A program made the position numbers and the translations under genes. Source: Nitrospinota bacterium (GTDB taxonomy: Bacteria; UBA8248). From it: 19,259 nt of DNA. A model generated the notes under the pieces. That model saw only the letters and a list, made by a program, of their open reading frames with translations, did not search any database and was not told the origin of the DNA. This document shows, in pieces, positions 1-7,485 of the stretch. The first letter of the stretch is position 1; the number at the start of each line of letters is the position of its first letter. Where the stretch lies: assembly GCA_046581755.1 (NCBI GenBank), contig JAYGFR010000260.1:1-19259 (forward strand), read 5' to 3'.

Positions 1-138
1 CTCGCTCTCGAACATGGCTCCTAAAACCTCAAGGCCCGCCTTGAGGGCAAAAGCGTGCAATTCCGTGCGCAACAGCCCTTCCAGGGCGATCTCCGGGCTC
101 TCTTGGCTTATAGGTCCTCTTCTGACAGTCTTCTTCAT
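1..138 (-). CDS. Probable IS256-family (mutator-type) transposase, N-terminal 46 aa (partial, not in ORF track)
   Basis: ATG at 138 with AAGGAG SD at 150-145. Reads MKKTVRRGPISQESPEIALEGLLRTELHAFALKAGLEVLGAMFESE, open to the window edge. The L..FAL..GL.V...MFE.E pattern resembles IS256 transposase N-termini. Confidence 0.65.
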   Translation of the reverse strand, partial: MKKTVRRGPISQESPEIALEGLLRTELHAFALKAGLEVLGAMFESE

Positions 139-236
139 CGGTGGCTCCTTGGTATTAGGGTTGATGACATCCCCCGATCGTCTCATCAGGGCCAAGGAAC
201 CGCCACTCGAATTTCAACAGCCTTCGGGACTATGCC
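1..236 (-). mobile_element. Left end of a probable IS256-family insertion sequence (continues beyond window start)
   Basis: On the minus strand the low-GC membrane ORF changes abruptly after ...TGG CAG GAA GAA T into GGCATAGTCCCGAAGGCTGTTGAAATTCGAGTGGCGG, which resembles IS256-type terminal inverted repeats as I recall them. An AAGGAG SD and a transposase-like ORF follow. The exact end is uncertain by a few bases and the other end lies outside the window. Confidence 0.65.
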
Positions 237-492
237 ATTCTTCCTGCCATAACTTGCCAGCCCTATTAACCAAATACCATGCCACCGAAACCAGAAATCC
301 AAAATGTACCATGGCAAATTGCAAAAGAGATTTATTTTTTAACTGCACAAATGCAAAAAAAGAAGCGGCAATAAACAACCCAAAAAAGCCAGACCGTCTC
401 CATAAAAGGTCAATTTCATGACGTCTTGTCTCAACAACAATTTTGTATGCTTCAAAAATTCTTTTTTGAATTTTTTCCTCGTCTTCAGCCAT
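214..492 (-). pseudogene. Low-GC small membrane protein gene, 3'-truncated by IS insertion at about 236
   Basis: Two hydrophobic segments (SGFFGLFIAASFFAFV; FAMVHFGFLVSVAWYLV) and the motif RRHEIDLLWRRS...WYLVNRAGKLWQEEW. The last residues (HSPEGC*) appear to derive from IS DNA. AT-rich relative to its neighbours. Confidence 0.6.
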
Positions 493-536
493 GAAGGTTT
501 CCTATCCGACAAAATTCCTTTAGAGGCAATCAGCCC

Positions 537-1001
537 TTATTCATTATTTTTCGTTCTCCGCGTCAGTTCCCTATCCAGCGCGGAGGCGAATTTATGGGTG
601 TCGGTGGCTTCCATCTCCCGGGGGCCGCCCTGGACGAGGCCGCCCGAGCGGAGCTCGTTCATCAGGTTCCGGGCCGAGAGGCGCTCGCCGATGTTCTCCT
701 CGTCGTAGACCTCTCCCCTCGGATCGATGGCCACCGACCCGGCGGACACGACCCGGGAGGCGAGGGGAACGTCGGCGGTGATCACCACGTCCGCCGCCGA
801 GGCCTCGGCCGCGATATGATCGTCGGCCGCGTCGAAATTTTTCGAGACGACCACGGTCGAGATCAGTGGTGAGTCGGGAACCCGTATCACCTGGTTCGCG
901 ACCACCACCGCCTGAATCCCGAGCCGCTCCGCCGCCCGGAAGACGATCTCCTTGACCGCCCCCGGGCAGGCGTCGGCGTCGATCCAGATTTTCACATTCA
1001 A
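537..1001 (-). CDS. yaiI: YaiI/YqxD family protein (DUF188/UPF0178)
   Basis: Family motifs IWIDADACP, DAADDHI, DVVITADVPLA, IGERLSARNLMNELR, GGP..., KFASALDR. TTG start (alternative GTG at 995). Confidence 0.9.
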   Translation of the reverse strand: MNVKIWIDADACPGAVKEIVFRAAERLGIQAVVVANQVIRVPDSPLISTVVVSKNFDAADDHIAAEASAADVVITADVPLASRVVSAGSVAIDPRGEVYDEENIGERLSARNLMNELRSGGLVQGGPREMEATDTHKFASALDRELTRRTKNNE

Positions 1002-1017
1002 TCCGTCATGGCGGAGG

Positions 1018-1539
1018 CTACTTCGCCGCCGCCGCGGCTCTTTTCTTCCGGTGCTGAACGGCCTGGAGGACGTCCTGCCAGACGAGGCGGCCGAGCGGTC
1101 CCGAGCTATAGACCGAGATGTTCACCTCGCCCTCGGGGTTGAGCAGGAAGTTCGTGGTGTGGAGATAGGGCCTCGGCTTTCCGTTCGCCTCGGGCGAATA
1201 GAGGGCGCCGGTTAGCTCGGAGATTTTCGCCGGGTCGAGGCTGTGCCCCACCGGGAAATTCACCTTGCTCGCTTCGATGGACTGCAGGGCTTCATTTTCG
1301 GGGTCGGTGGAAGCCGCGATGACCTTGATGCCTTCCGCTTCGATTCTTTCTCCCGCCCGGGAGAATGCCGCGAGCTGCGCGACACAGTAGGGTCACCAGT
1401 GGCTCCGGTAGAAGAGGACGACGCCCCACGAGCCTTTCATGTATTCGGGCAGCGCGATCTTCCCGCCACCGACTTTGTCGATCTCAATTTCGGGGAAAAG
1501 GTCCCCTGTGTCGAGAATCAGATCGTTCACCTTCGGCAT
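1018..1539 (-). CDS. Peroxiredoxin-like (AhpC/TSA, thioredoxin-fold) selenoprotein, copy A; 173 aa with Sec49
   Basis: ATG at 1539 with GGAGG SD. Reads MPKVNDLILDTGDLFPEIEIDKVGGGKIALPEYMKGSWGVVLFYRSHW-TGA(1395-1393)-PYCVAQLAAFSR..., in frame with the track ORF 1018..1263. The TGA occupies the first Cys position of a WCPYC redox motif. Confidence 0.92.
1352..1392 (-). promoter_or_regulatory. Candidate bacterial SECIS stem-loop(s) 3' of the UGA of copy A
   Basis: mRNA after UGA: CCCUACUG-UGUCGCG-CAGCU-CGCGGCA (7-bp stem including one G-U pair, loop starting 16 nt after UGA), followed by UUCUCCC-GGGC-GGGAGAA. Folded by eye only. Confidence 0.5.
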
Positions 1540-1589
1540 AAATGCTTCCTCCAAAATCGAATAACGGCCAGAGGTCCTATTTTACCTGC

Positions 1590-1619
1590 AAAAAGGCCGG
1601 GAGCGCGAAGCCCCCGGCC
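1590..1619 (-). terminator. Intrinsic terminator between the two selenoprotein paralogs
   Basis: Minus strand GGCCGGGGGC-TTCGC-GCTCCCGGCC-TTTTT, starting 24 nt after the stop of copy B. Confidence 0.7.
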
Positions 1620-1642
1620 CATGTTTCGCAAACCCCGCCCGG

Positions 1643-2140
1643 CTAGCTCTGGGCGGCCATCTTCTTATAGAACTGCACGAGGGCGTGTACGTCCTGCCAG
1701 ACGAGGCGCCCGATGGGCCCTGTGCTGTAGACGCCCACCGCGATCGTTCCGTCGGGCTTCAGGACATAGCCCGTGCTGTGGAGGATCTGGCGCTTCTCTT
1801 CATAGAAGCAGCCCGTCAGCTCCGAGATCGCCTTGTTGTCGAGACCATAGCCGACCGGAAATTCCATCCCGCACTCCTCGACGGTCCTTTTTGCCTGCTC
1901 CTCCGTGTCCACGGAGGCTGCAACAACCTTGATACCTTCCTCGGCCAGTTTTGCGGCCCGCGAGAAGGCGGTCAGCTGCTGCTTGCAGTAGGGTCACCAG
2001 TGGCCCCGGTATAAAAGAACCACCCCCCAGCTGCCCGCCAGGTCGCCAGGCAGCGATATCTTGCCGCCTCCGACCTGATCGATCTCGATGTTCGGGAAGG
2101 CCTCTCCCGAATCGAGCATTTTGTCCGTCATGCGTGGCAT
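1643..2140 (-). CDS. Peroxiredoxin-like (AhpC/TSA, thioredoxin-fold) selenoprotein, copy B; 165 aa with Sec49
   Basis: ATG at 2140 with GGAGG SD. Reads MPRMTDKMLDSGEAFPNIEIDQVGGGKISLPGDLAGSWGVVLLYRGHW-TGA(1996-1994)-PYCKQQLTAFSR.... Track ORFs 1994..2212 and 1643..1912 are in the same frame, and the protein is colinear with copy A on both sides of the TGA. Confidence 0.92.
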
Positions 2141-2238
2141 GGAACATCCTCCGTATGGATGAGAACACAACGATCGGCCAGGACCCTCTCGGCTCTCACA
2201 TCGCATATCCAATTTTACGGGATTACCATCAACTGCCC

Positions 2239-2267
2239 CTTATACTGATATGACTGGGCGAATTCAA
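2239..2267 (-). promoter_or_regulatory. Putative sigma70 promoter for selenoprotein copy B
   Basis: Minus strand TTGAAT-17 nt-TATAAG, about 100 nt upstream of the ATG at 2140. Confidence 0.5.
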
Positions 2268-2312
2268 TCGAGAGGAAGCGCGATCCCCGATTTTGGGGAT
2301 GGGGCCGAAGGC

Positions 2313-2342
2313 TTGACACCGCCCCCTCCGGGTCACTAGCAT
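2313..2342 (+). promoter_or_regulatory. Putative sigma70 promoter for the Cys-rich ORF (divergent from the selenoprotein promoter)
   Basis: TTGACA-18 nt-TAGCAT, 36 nt upstream of ATG 2379. Confidence 0.55.
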
Positions 2343-2378
2343 TCGGGGACGTTTCGACTGGAATCCCGGAGACAATAG

Positions 2379-2654
2379 ATGGGCGAAAAAATACCCTGCG
2401 CGTACAGCAAAATTTTCCCTTGCGATGACTGCAAGCAGGCCGAAAGCGGTTGCGCCCGCGAGGTGGAGCTCACCGAAGAGGACGCCGAGCGCTATCTGCC
2501 CCGCGAGGACCAGAACAACATGATCATCCCCCGGGATTGCCCGATCCCGCCGATGAGCAGCATCATCCGCTACGGGCCCGATTATTATGTGGTCAAGGCG
2601 GGCCGGGTCATCAGAAAAGAATTCGAGCGCGCCCTCCCGAAATACAAGCAATAA
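2379..2654 (+). CDS. Hypothetical 91-aa protein with C-x7-C-x2-C-x6-C motif
   Basis: GGAG SD, genome-like GC3 codon bias, upstream promoter and natural amino-acid composition. No family recognised. Confidence 0.75.
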   Translation: MGEKIPCAYSKIFPCDDCKQAESGCAREVELTEEDAERYLPREDQNNMIIPRDCPIPPMSSIIRYGPDYYVVKAGRVIRKEFERALPKYKQ

Positions 2655-2797
2655 TCCGGCTCCCGTTCAATTGGCCCATGGGCCGCCAACGGCCCGTTCG
2701 CGCGACCGGCGCGGATCTCTTTCGCGCTTTGCGATATACTCAATCCCTGCCCCGATTTGGCGAATCACCCGGATAATCCGCAATGAGGGAGGCAGAC

Positions 2798-3157
2798 ATG
2801 CCGGCCGAGAAATTCACCTGGGACGATATGCCCGCCGAGCAGGTCACGGACACGTTCAGCCGCAAGATGGTCGTCGGTAAAAACGAAATGCTCCGCTGGT
2901 TGGAACTCAAGCCGGGGTGCAAGGTCCCGGAACACAGCCACGAAAACGAGCAAATCTCCCATGTTCTCAAGGGCCGCCTCCGTTTCGTCGTGGACGGGGA
3001 GACGATCGAGGTGGGGCCGGGAGAGATCCTTCTGATCCCCCCCCTCGCGGCGCACTCGGCCGAGGTCCTGGGCGAGGAGACCGTCCTCGACTACGATATT
3101 TTCAGCCCGATCCGCTCCGACTGGCTGGACGGGTCGGACGATTATCTGAGGAAATAA
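2798..3157 (+). CDS. Cupin domain protein (cupin_2-like)
   Basis: Metal-binding motifs PEHSHENEQISHVLKG and IPPLAAHSAE, with DIFSPIRSDWL near the C-terminus. GGGAGG SD before ATG 2798 (the track starts at 2783). Confidence 0.9.
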   Translation: MPAEKFTWDDMPAEQVTDTFSRKMVVGKNEMLRWLELKPGCKVPEHSHENEQISHVLKGRLRFVVDGETIEVGPGEILLIPPLAAHSAEVLGEETVLDYDIFSPIRSDWLDGSDDYLRK

Positions 3158-3200
3158 AATTTTGGAGCGGAACCCCTGGCCGTGAGGTGAGAGGAAAACC

Positions 3201-3869
3201 ATGACAAATCCAAAGAAAACGAAAGCTCTGGCGGCCGCTTTCGCGGCGCTGCTCATTCTCGGGGGATGCGCCACCTCCCGCGTCGAGCGCCGGATCCTCC
3301 TCGCCTACGAAGGCCCGAGGCCGGACAGCCTGCTCGCACCCTCCGTGAAGGCGTTCAAGGGGGTTATCGTCGTTCCGTTCGTGGATCTGCGGAGAGACAA
3401 AAACACCTACGGGACCTACACCTGGGGCAACATGTCGGTGAACTACACCTCGGGCGCGGAATCCGTCTCCACCGGCATCACCCGCATGGTGATGGAATTT
3501 CTCTCCCGGGCGGGGATGCAGCCCGCCGCCGGCAAGTGGAACGGCCGGATCGACACCCTCCCCAAAATCAAGGGGAGCCACGCCATATTCGGCGAGATCG
3601 AACGGCTCGATTTTTCCGGCAAGGGGCGTTTTTACGAGGCGAAAAAAACCGGCATGATCCGGATCGTCATCAAATGGGGGAACCGGGCCGCGGGGAAGAT
3701 CGTCACCCAGACGGTGGAGGTAACCCCGGACAACCGGGAGTTTCACCTATTCTCGACCGGCTTCGATCATGTCTCTAAAATGGAAGAACTCATCCGGAAG
3801 ACGGTGAGCAAGGCCATACGTGAAAGCATCACCACCGTATTCAAGTCCCCCGCCGGAGCCGGAAAATAA
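3201..3869 (+). CDS. Putative lipoprotein of unknown function
   Basis: Basic N-terminus, hydrophobic stretch and lipobox LILGGC. GAGG SD. Pattern VVPFVDLR...GEIERL. Confidence 0.8.
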   Translation: MTNPKKTKALAAAFAALLILGGCATSRVERRILLAYEGPRPDSLLAPSVKAFKGVIVVPFVDLRRDKNTYGTYTWGNMSVNYTSGAESVSTGITRMVMEFLSRAGMQPAAGKWNGRIDTLPKIKGSHAIFGEIERLDFSGKGRFYEAKKTGMIRIVIKWGNRAAGKIVTQTVEVTPDNREFHLFSTGFDHVSKMEELIRKTVSKAIRESITTVFKSPAGAGK

Positions 3870-4017
3870 GGCGGCCGGAATTTCCGCCTGGCGGCCCGCC
3901 CGCCGACGCCGGAGACGGATCGGACGGTGGGGTACCGCCCGAAATGGCGGATGCCGCCCTTGGCTGTCTGGGTTCTTTGAGTAGCTGGCTGAAGAGGGTG
4001 AAAATTAGTCGAATATT

Positions 4018-4425
4018 TCAGGCGAGACGATTCAGGCGGTCCCCGCGAGGGGCGGTTTTCGCGGCGGGATTTCCCCGGCGGCTTCCGGCGCCCGATTCCA
4101 CGGCATTCACTATCCGGCGGCGGGCGGTGAGTCCGGGGCGCGCGCCCGGGGGATTCTCCCCCTCCGCCGCAATCTCCAGAACCGGGCTCTTTCGGCCGGA
4201 GCCAACCGGCGAGGCGAGGCGGCCGGCGATTATTTTTCCCCGTCCAAATTCCGCCATTAATTGGCGGGCAAGGACCTGAACCTCCCCGGCATCCGCCCCG
4301 CTCAAAACCCCCCCGCCCGCTGGCGGAAGGCCGGGGACGGCGAAATCTCCGCGCCGGGCCTGGGGCCGGTTGCGCTGCACGGGCACCGGGATTTTCGTCA
4401 TCCGGGATGGAATCCGGTCAGTCAT
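4018..4425 (-). CDS. Possible hypothetical low-complexity protein (135 aa) downstream of hflC
   Basis: Fills an otherwise empty gap of about 600 bp. GAGG upstream of the ATG. Gly/Arg/Pro-rich, ending GDRLNRLA. Could be a GC-driven spurious ORF. Confidence 0.4.
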   Translation of the reverse strand: MTDRIPSRMTKIPVPVQRNRPQARRGDFAVPGLPPAGGGVLSGADAGEVQVLARQLMAEFGRGKIIAGRLASPVGSGRKSPVLEIAAEGENPPGARPGLTARRRIVNAVESGAGSRRGNPAAKTAPRGDRLNRLA

Positions 4426-4474
4426 CGCCTTGCCTCAAACCGCTTCGCGCCGGGGGGCCGGCCCTCCCGGGCGG

Positions 4475-5383
4475 TCAATTCGATTTTTTCATCCCTTGGG
4501 CCGGAGCCGCTTTCGAGGCTTTCAGGAAGCGCAAAAATTCGCTGTCCGCGGGCATGAGCAGGGTGGTCTTGTCCTTCAGCGAGGCCCGGTAGACCTCGAG
4601 GCTCTTCAGGAACGAGTAGAATTCGGTATCCTGGCCAAAGGCTTTCGCGGTGGTTTCGATGCTTTTCGCGTCTCCGAATCCCTTGAGGTTCTGCTCTTTC
4701 TCGTAGGCATCGGCCAAAAGAATGTCGCGCTCCTTATCCGTCGTGGCCCGGATTTTCTGGGCTTCCTCTTTCCCCTGGGAGCGGTACTGGCGGGCGATTC
4801 GGTTCCGCTCGGCCTTCATCCGCCCGAAAATGGCTATCAGGTTTTCATCGGGAAGGTCCGCCCGCTTGAGGCGCACATCCACAATCTCGATTCCGTACTG
4901 ACGTGCCTTTTTGTCGCTCTCTTTCGTGACCTCGGCCATCAGCGATTCGCGGTCCGTGGCGACGATGGCCAATAAATCCTTCCGGCCCAGCTCCTGCCGC
5001 AATTCACTGTAGATAATATCGTCGAGGCGCGCCTGGGCGCCGACCTCGTTGCCGACCGTCCTGAGAAATTTGAGCGGGTCGACGATCCGCCAGCGCGAGA
5101 AATTGTCCACTTTCAGCGATTTTTTGTCCTTGGTGAGGATATCGGTGGGATTCGAGTCGTATTCGAGCAGGCGCTTGTCGAAAAAGGTGAGCTGTTCGAC
5201 GAACGGAGTCCGGTAGTTCAATCCGGCTGTCCGGATGATCCGGACCGGCTTTCCGAACCGCGTGACGACCACCTGCTGGTTCTCGCGGACACTGAAGAAA
5301 ACCGAGTTCATCAGGATTACCGCCAGCACAATAACGATCACCATGCCTATGGTTTTTTTGGGCAGTTCGGGTGAATTTGCCAT
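4475..5383 (-). CDS. hflC: FtsH protease modulator HflC (SPFH domain)
   Basis: N-terminal TM segment; motifs VVTRFGKP, DKKSLKVDNFSRWRIVDPLKF, GIEIVDVRLKRADLP, RMKAERNRIARQYRSQG, FYSFLKSLEVY. TAATG overlap with the hflK stop. Confidence 0.95.
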   Translation of the reverse strand: MANSPELPKKTIGMVIVIVLAVILMNSVFFSVRENQQVVVTRFGKPVRIIRTAGLNYRTPFVEQLTFFDKRLLEYDSNPTDILTKDKKSLKVDNFSRWRIVDPLKFLRTVGNEVGAQARLDDIIYSELRQELGRKDLLAIVATDRESLMAEVTKESDKKARQYGIEIVDVRLKRADLPDENLIAIFGRMKAERNRIARQYRSQGKEEAQKIRATTDKERDILLADAYEKEQNLKGFGDAKSIETTAKAFGQDTEFYSFLKSLEVYRASLKDKTTLLMPADSEFLRFLKASKAAPAQGMKKSN

Positions 5384-6411
5384 TATTTTAGGACCTCCCG
5401 CAGGCCGCTTCCCCTGAGCGAGAGGATCGGCAAAACACCGGAGCCCCCTTTGCTCTTGTCTAGAATGATTTTATCGATGGTGGGCATCACGTCTTTCATC
5501 ATTTCGAGATAAAGGCGCTTCCGGGTGATATAGGGTGCCTTCTTGTATTCGGTCAGGGTGGCCAGGAAACGATCGGCGTCGCCCCGCGCCTGGCGGATTT
5601 TCGTCTCGCGGTAGGCCTCGGCCTGGCGGAGGACTTCGGCCGCCTTTCCCCGCGCCTCGGGAATCACCTGGTTTCGGTAGCCCTGGGCTTCGTTGATCAT
5701 CCGGTTCTTATCCTCCCGCGCGCTGGCGACATCCTTGAACGACTGGATGACCTCACGGGGAGGAGTGACGTCCTGGAGCTTCACCTCCATCACGAGAATG
5801 CCGACGCCGTATAAATCGAGGATTTTCTGGATCACGGCCTTCGTTTCATCCTGGATGATGGCCTTGCCCCCCGTCAACGCATCGTCGATGGGCCTGCTGC
5901 CCACCACCTGCCGAATCGCCGCCTCGGCCGCATGGCCCACGGTGGTCTCGGGGTTGCGCACATTGAAGAGAAACTTCGCGGCATCCCTAATCCGGTACTG
6001 GACAATGACATCCAGGTCCACCATGTTTTCGTCCCCGGTGAGCATCCGGGATTCACTGGGCTGGTCCTGATACCGGGCCGGGGGGCCGGGATCGATGGTC
6101 CTGAATCCGATCTCGACCCGCTTCACCTCGGTGACTTTGGGGGTATACGCCTCCTCGATCGGAAACGGCCAGTGGTAATTCAATCCGGACGACGTTTTTT
6201 CAACGATTTTGCCGAACCGGAGCACGATGCCCTGCTCGTCGGGACCGACTTTGTAAATCCCCGTAAGAAGCCATAGAACAATAATCACGCCCGCGATCAC
6301 CGCTCCGGACATTTTCATGTTCGGCATCCGGAAATCGGGAATCTTTATCTTCGGAGCTCCCATGCCTCCGCCCTGCTTTCTCGCCTTAAATTCATCCCAG
6401 TCCATCGGCAT
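5383..6411 (-). CDS. hflK: FtsH protease modulator HflK (SPFH domain)
   Basis: Motifs EQGIVLRFGK, GLNYHWPFPIE, MLTGDENMVD, SFKDVASARED, IPEARGKA, EYKKAPYITRKRLYLE. GAGGAG SD 8 nt before ATG 6411 (the track starts at 6432). Confidence 0.95.
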   Translation of the reverse strand: MPMDWDEFKARKQGGGMGAPKIKIPDFRMPNMKMSGAVIAGVIIVLWLLTGIYKVGPDEQGIVLRFGKIVEKTSSGLNYHWPFPIEEAYTPKVTEVKRVEIGFRTIDPGPPARYQDQPSESRMLTGDENMVDLDVIVQYRIRDAAKFLFNVRNPETTVGHAAEAAIRQVVGSRPIDDALTGGKAIIQDETKAVIQKILDLYGVGILVMEVKLQDVTPPREVIQSFKDVASAREDKNRMINEAQGYRNQVIPEARGKAAEVLRQAEAYRETKIRQARGDADRFLATLTEYKKAPYITRKRLYLEMMKDVMPTIDKIILDKSKGGSGVLPILSLRGSGLREVLK

Positions 6412-6510
6412 GAACGGTTCTCCTCGCGGCACTCGTAACCGGATGCGGGTCTATAAAAGCCCACCTCTTTTAATCCAAGGTATGAACCGTAAGCGGGTTG
6501 AATATCGAAG

Positions 6511-7485
6511 TCAACCGCGCGGTATCGCTTCGATGCGAACTCTTATCGCCGCGGCGCGGATGGCGCGCCGCCCGGGCAATCCATCCTGGGGCCCTCTTTT
6601 GAGAGTCGAAAGCGAGCCCGCCGCCACCGCGAACCGGACGGCATCGAGCATAGAGCTCTCCCCGGCCAGCGAGGCCGCGAGCGCCCCCGAAAAGGCGTCC
6701 CCCGCTCCGGTGGTATCGACCGGACGGATGCCCCCCGGCGGGCGGACCCAGTCGCTCCTACCCTCCCCCATGACCAGGGCGCCCCGCTCTCCCGCGGTCA
6801 GGACAACGGATTTCGCCCCCTTTTTCCGGAGCGCCTGGCACAGGCGAAAAAGGCCGGCCTCGCTCCGGGCCGGCGCCTTCCCCGCCAGGGCGGCGGCTTC
6901 GGTCTCGTTCGGAACGATGATGTCCGACAGGGAGAACACCCTGGTCGGGAGCGCTCCCGGAGCGGGAGCCGGGTTCAAAATCGTAATCGCTCCCCGCCTC
7001 CTCGCCGAACGGAATGCGGCTTCGACAGAGGGGAGCGGAATCTCGAGCTGCGCCAGCACGGCGTCCCCGAATTCGAGCACATTTTTTTTCGCGCTCAACC
7101 GGCGGGGCGTCAGCAAGGCATTCGCGCCCGGCGACACCGCGATCTGGTTTCTCCCCTCCTTGTCCACGACGATGAGGGCCGTCCCGGTCGGAGCCGGCAC
7201 CGTGAAAAAGCCCCGCCGCTGGATTCCCCGCGCGGCCAGATATTTCCGGTAGGTGGCGCCGTGGCGGTCCCTTCCGGTCGCCGCGACGAGGCGGACCTCC
7301 GCGCCCGCCAGGAGTGCGGCGAGGGCCTGGTTGGCTCCCTTTCCTCCCCAGTATTCTCGGCGATCGCCCCCGATGACGGTCTCTCCCGGCACCGGAAGGC
7401 GGCTGACCGGTATGACGATATCGAGGTTGGCGCTCCCGGCGACCAGGACCCTCGGCGCTCTTTTCTCCCGGTCAGGACCAGCCAT
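6511..7485 (-). CDS. rbsK: Ribokinase (PfkB family)
   Basis: Motifs GSANLD, GGKGANQA, PTGTALIVVD..GRNQI, QLEIP, LNPAPA, PNETEA and DTTGAGDAF. Confidence 0.92.
   Translation of the reverse strand: MAGPDREKRAPRVLVAGSANLDIVIPVSRLPVPGETVIGGDRREYWGGKGANQALAALLAGAEVRLVAATGRDRHGATYRKYLAARGIQRRGFFTVPAPTGTALIVVDKEGRNQIAVSPGANALLTPRRLSAKKNVLEFGDAVLAQLEIPLPSVEAAFRSARRRGAITILNPAPAPGALPTRVFSLSDIIVPNETEAAALAGKAPARSEAGLFRLCQALRKKGAKSVVLTAGERGALVMGEGRSDWVRPPGGIRPVDTTGAGDAFSGALAASLAGESSMLDAVRFAVAAGSLSTLKRGPQDGLPGRRAIRAAAIRVRIEAIPRG

Noticed and set aside
27..46. Perfect inverted repeat CCTCAAGGC-CC-GCCTTGAGG
   Set aside because: It lies inside the transposase reading frame with no U-tract, and there is no independent evidence of function.
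14..421. Plus-strand 135-aa ORF
   Set aside because: It spans the IS/host-gene junction antisense to two better-supported minus-strand frames.
1018..2212. Track ORFs 1018..1263, 1643..1912 and 1994..2212 as separate small genes or pseudogene fragments
   Set aside because: They are in-frame parts of two full-length UGA-containing genes.
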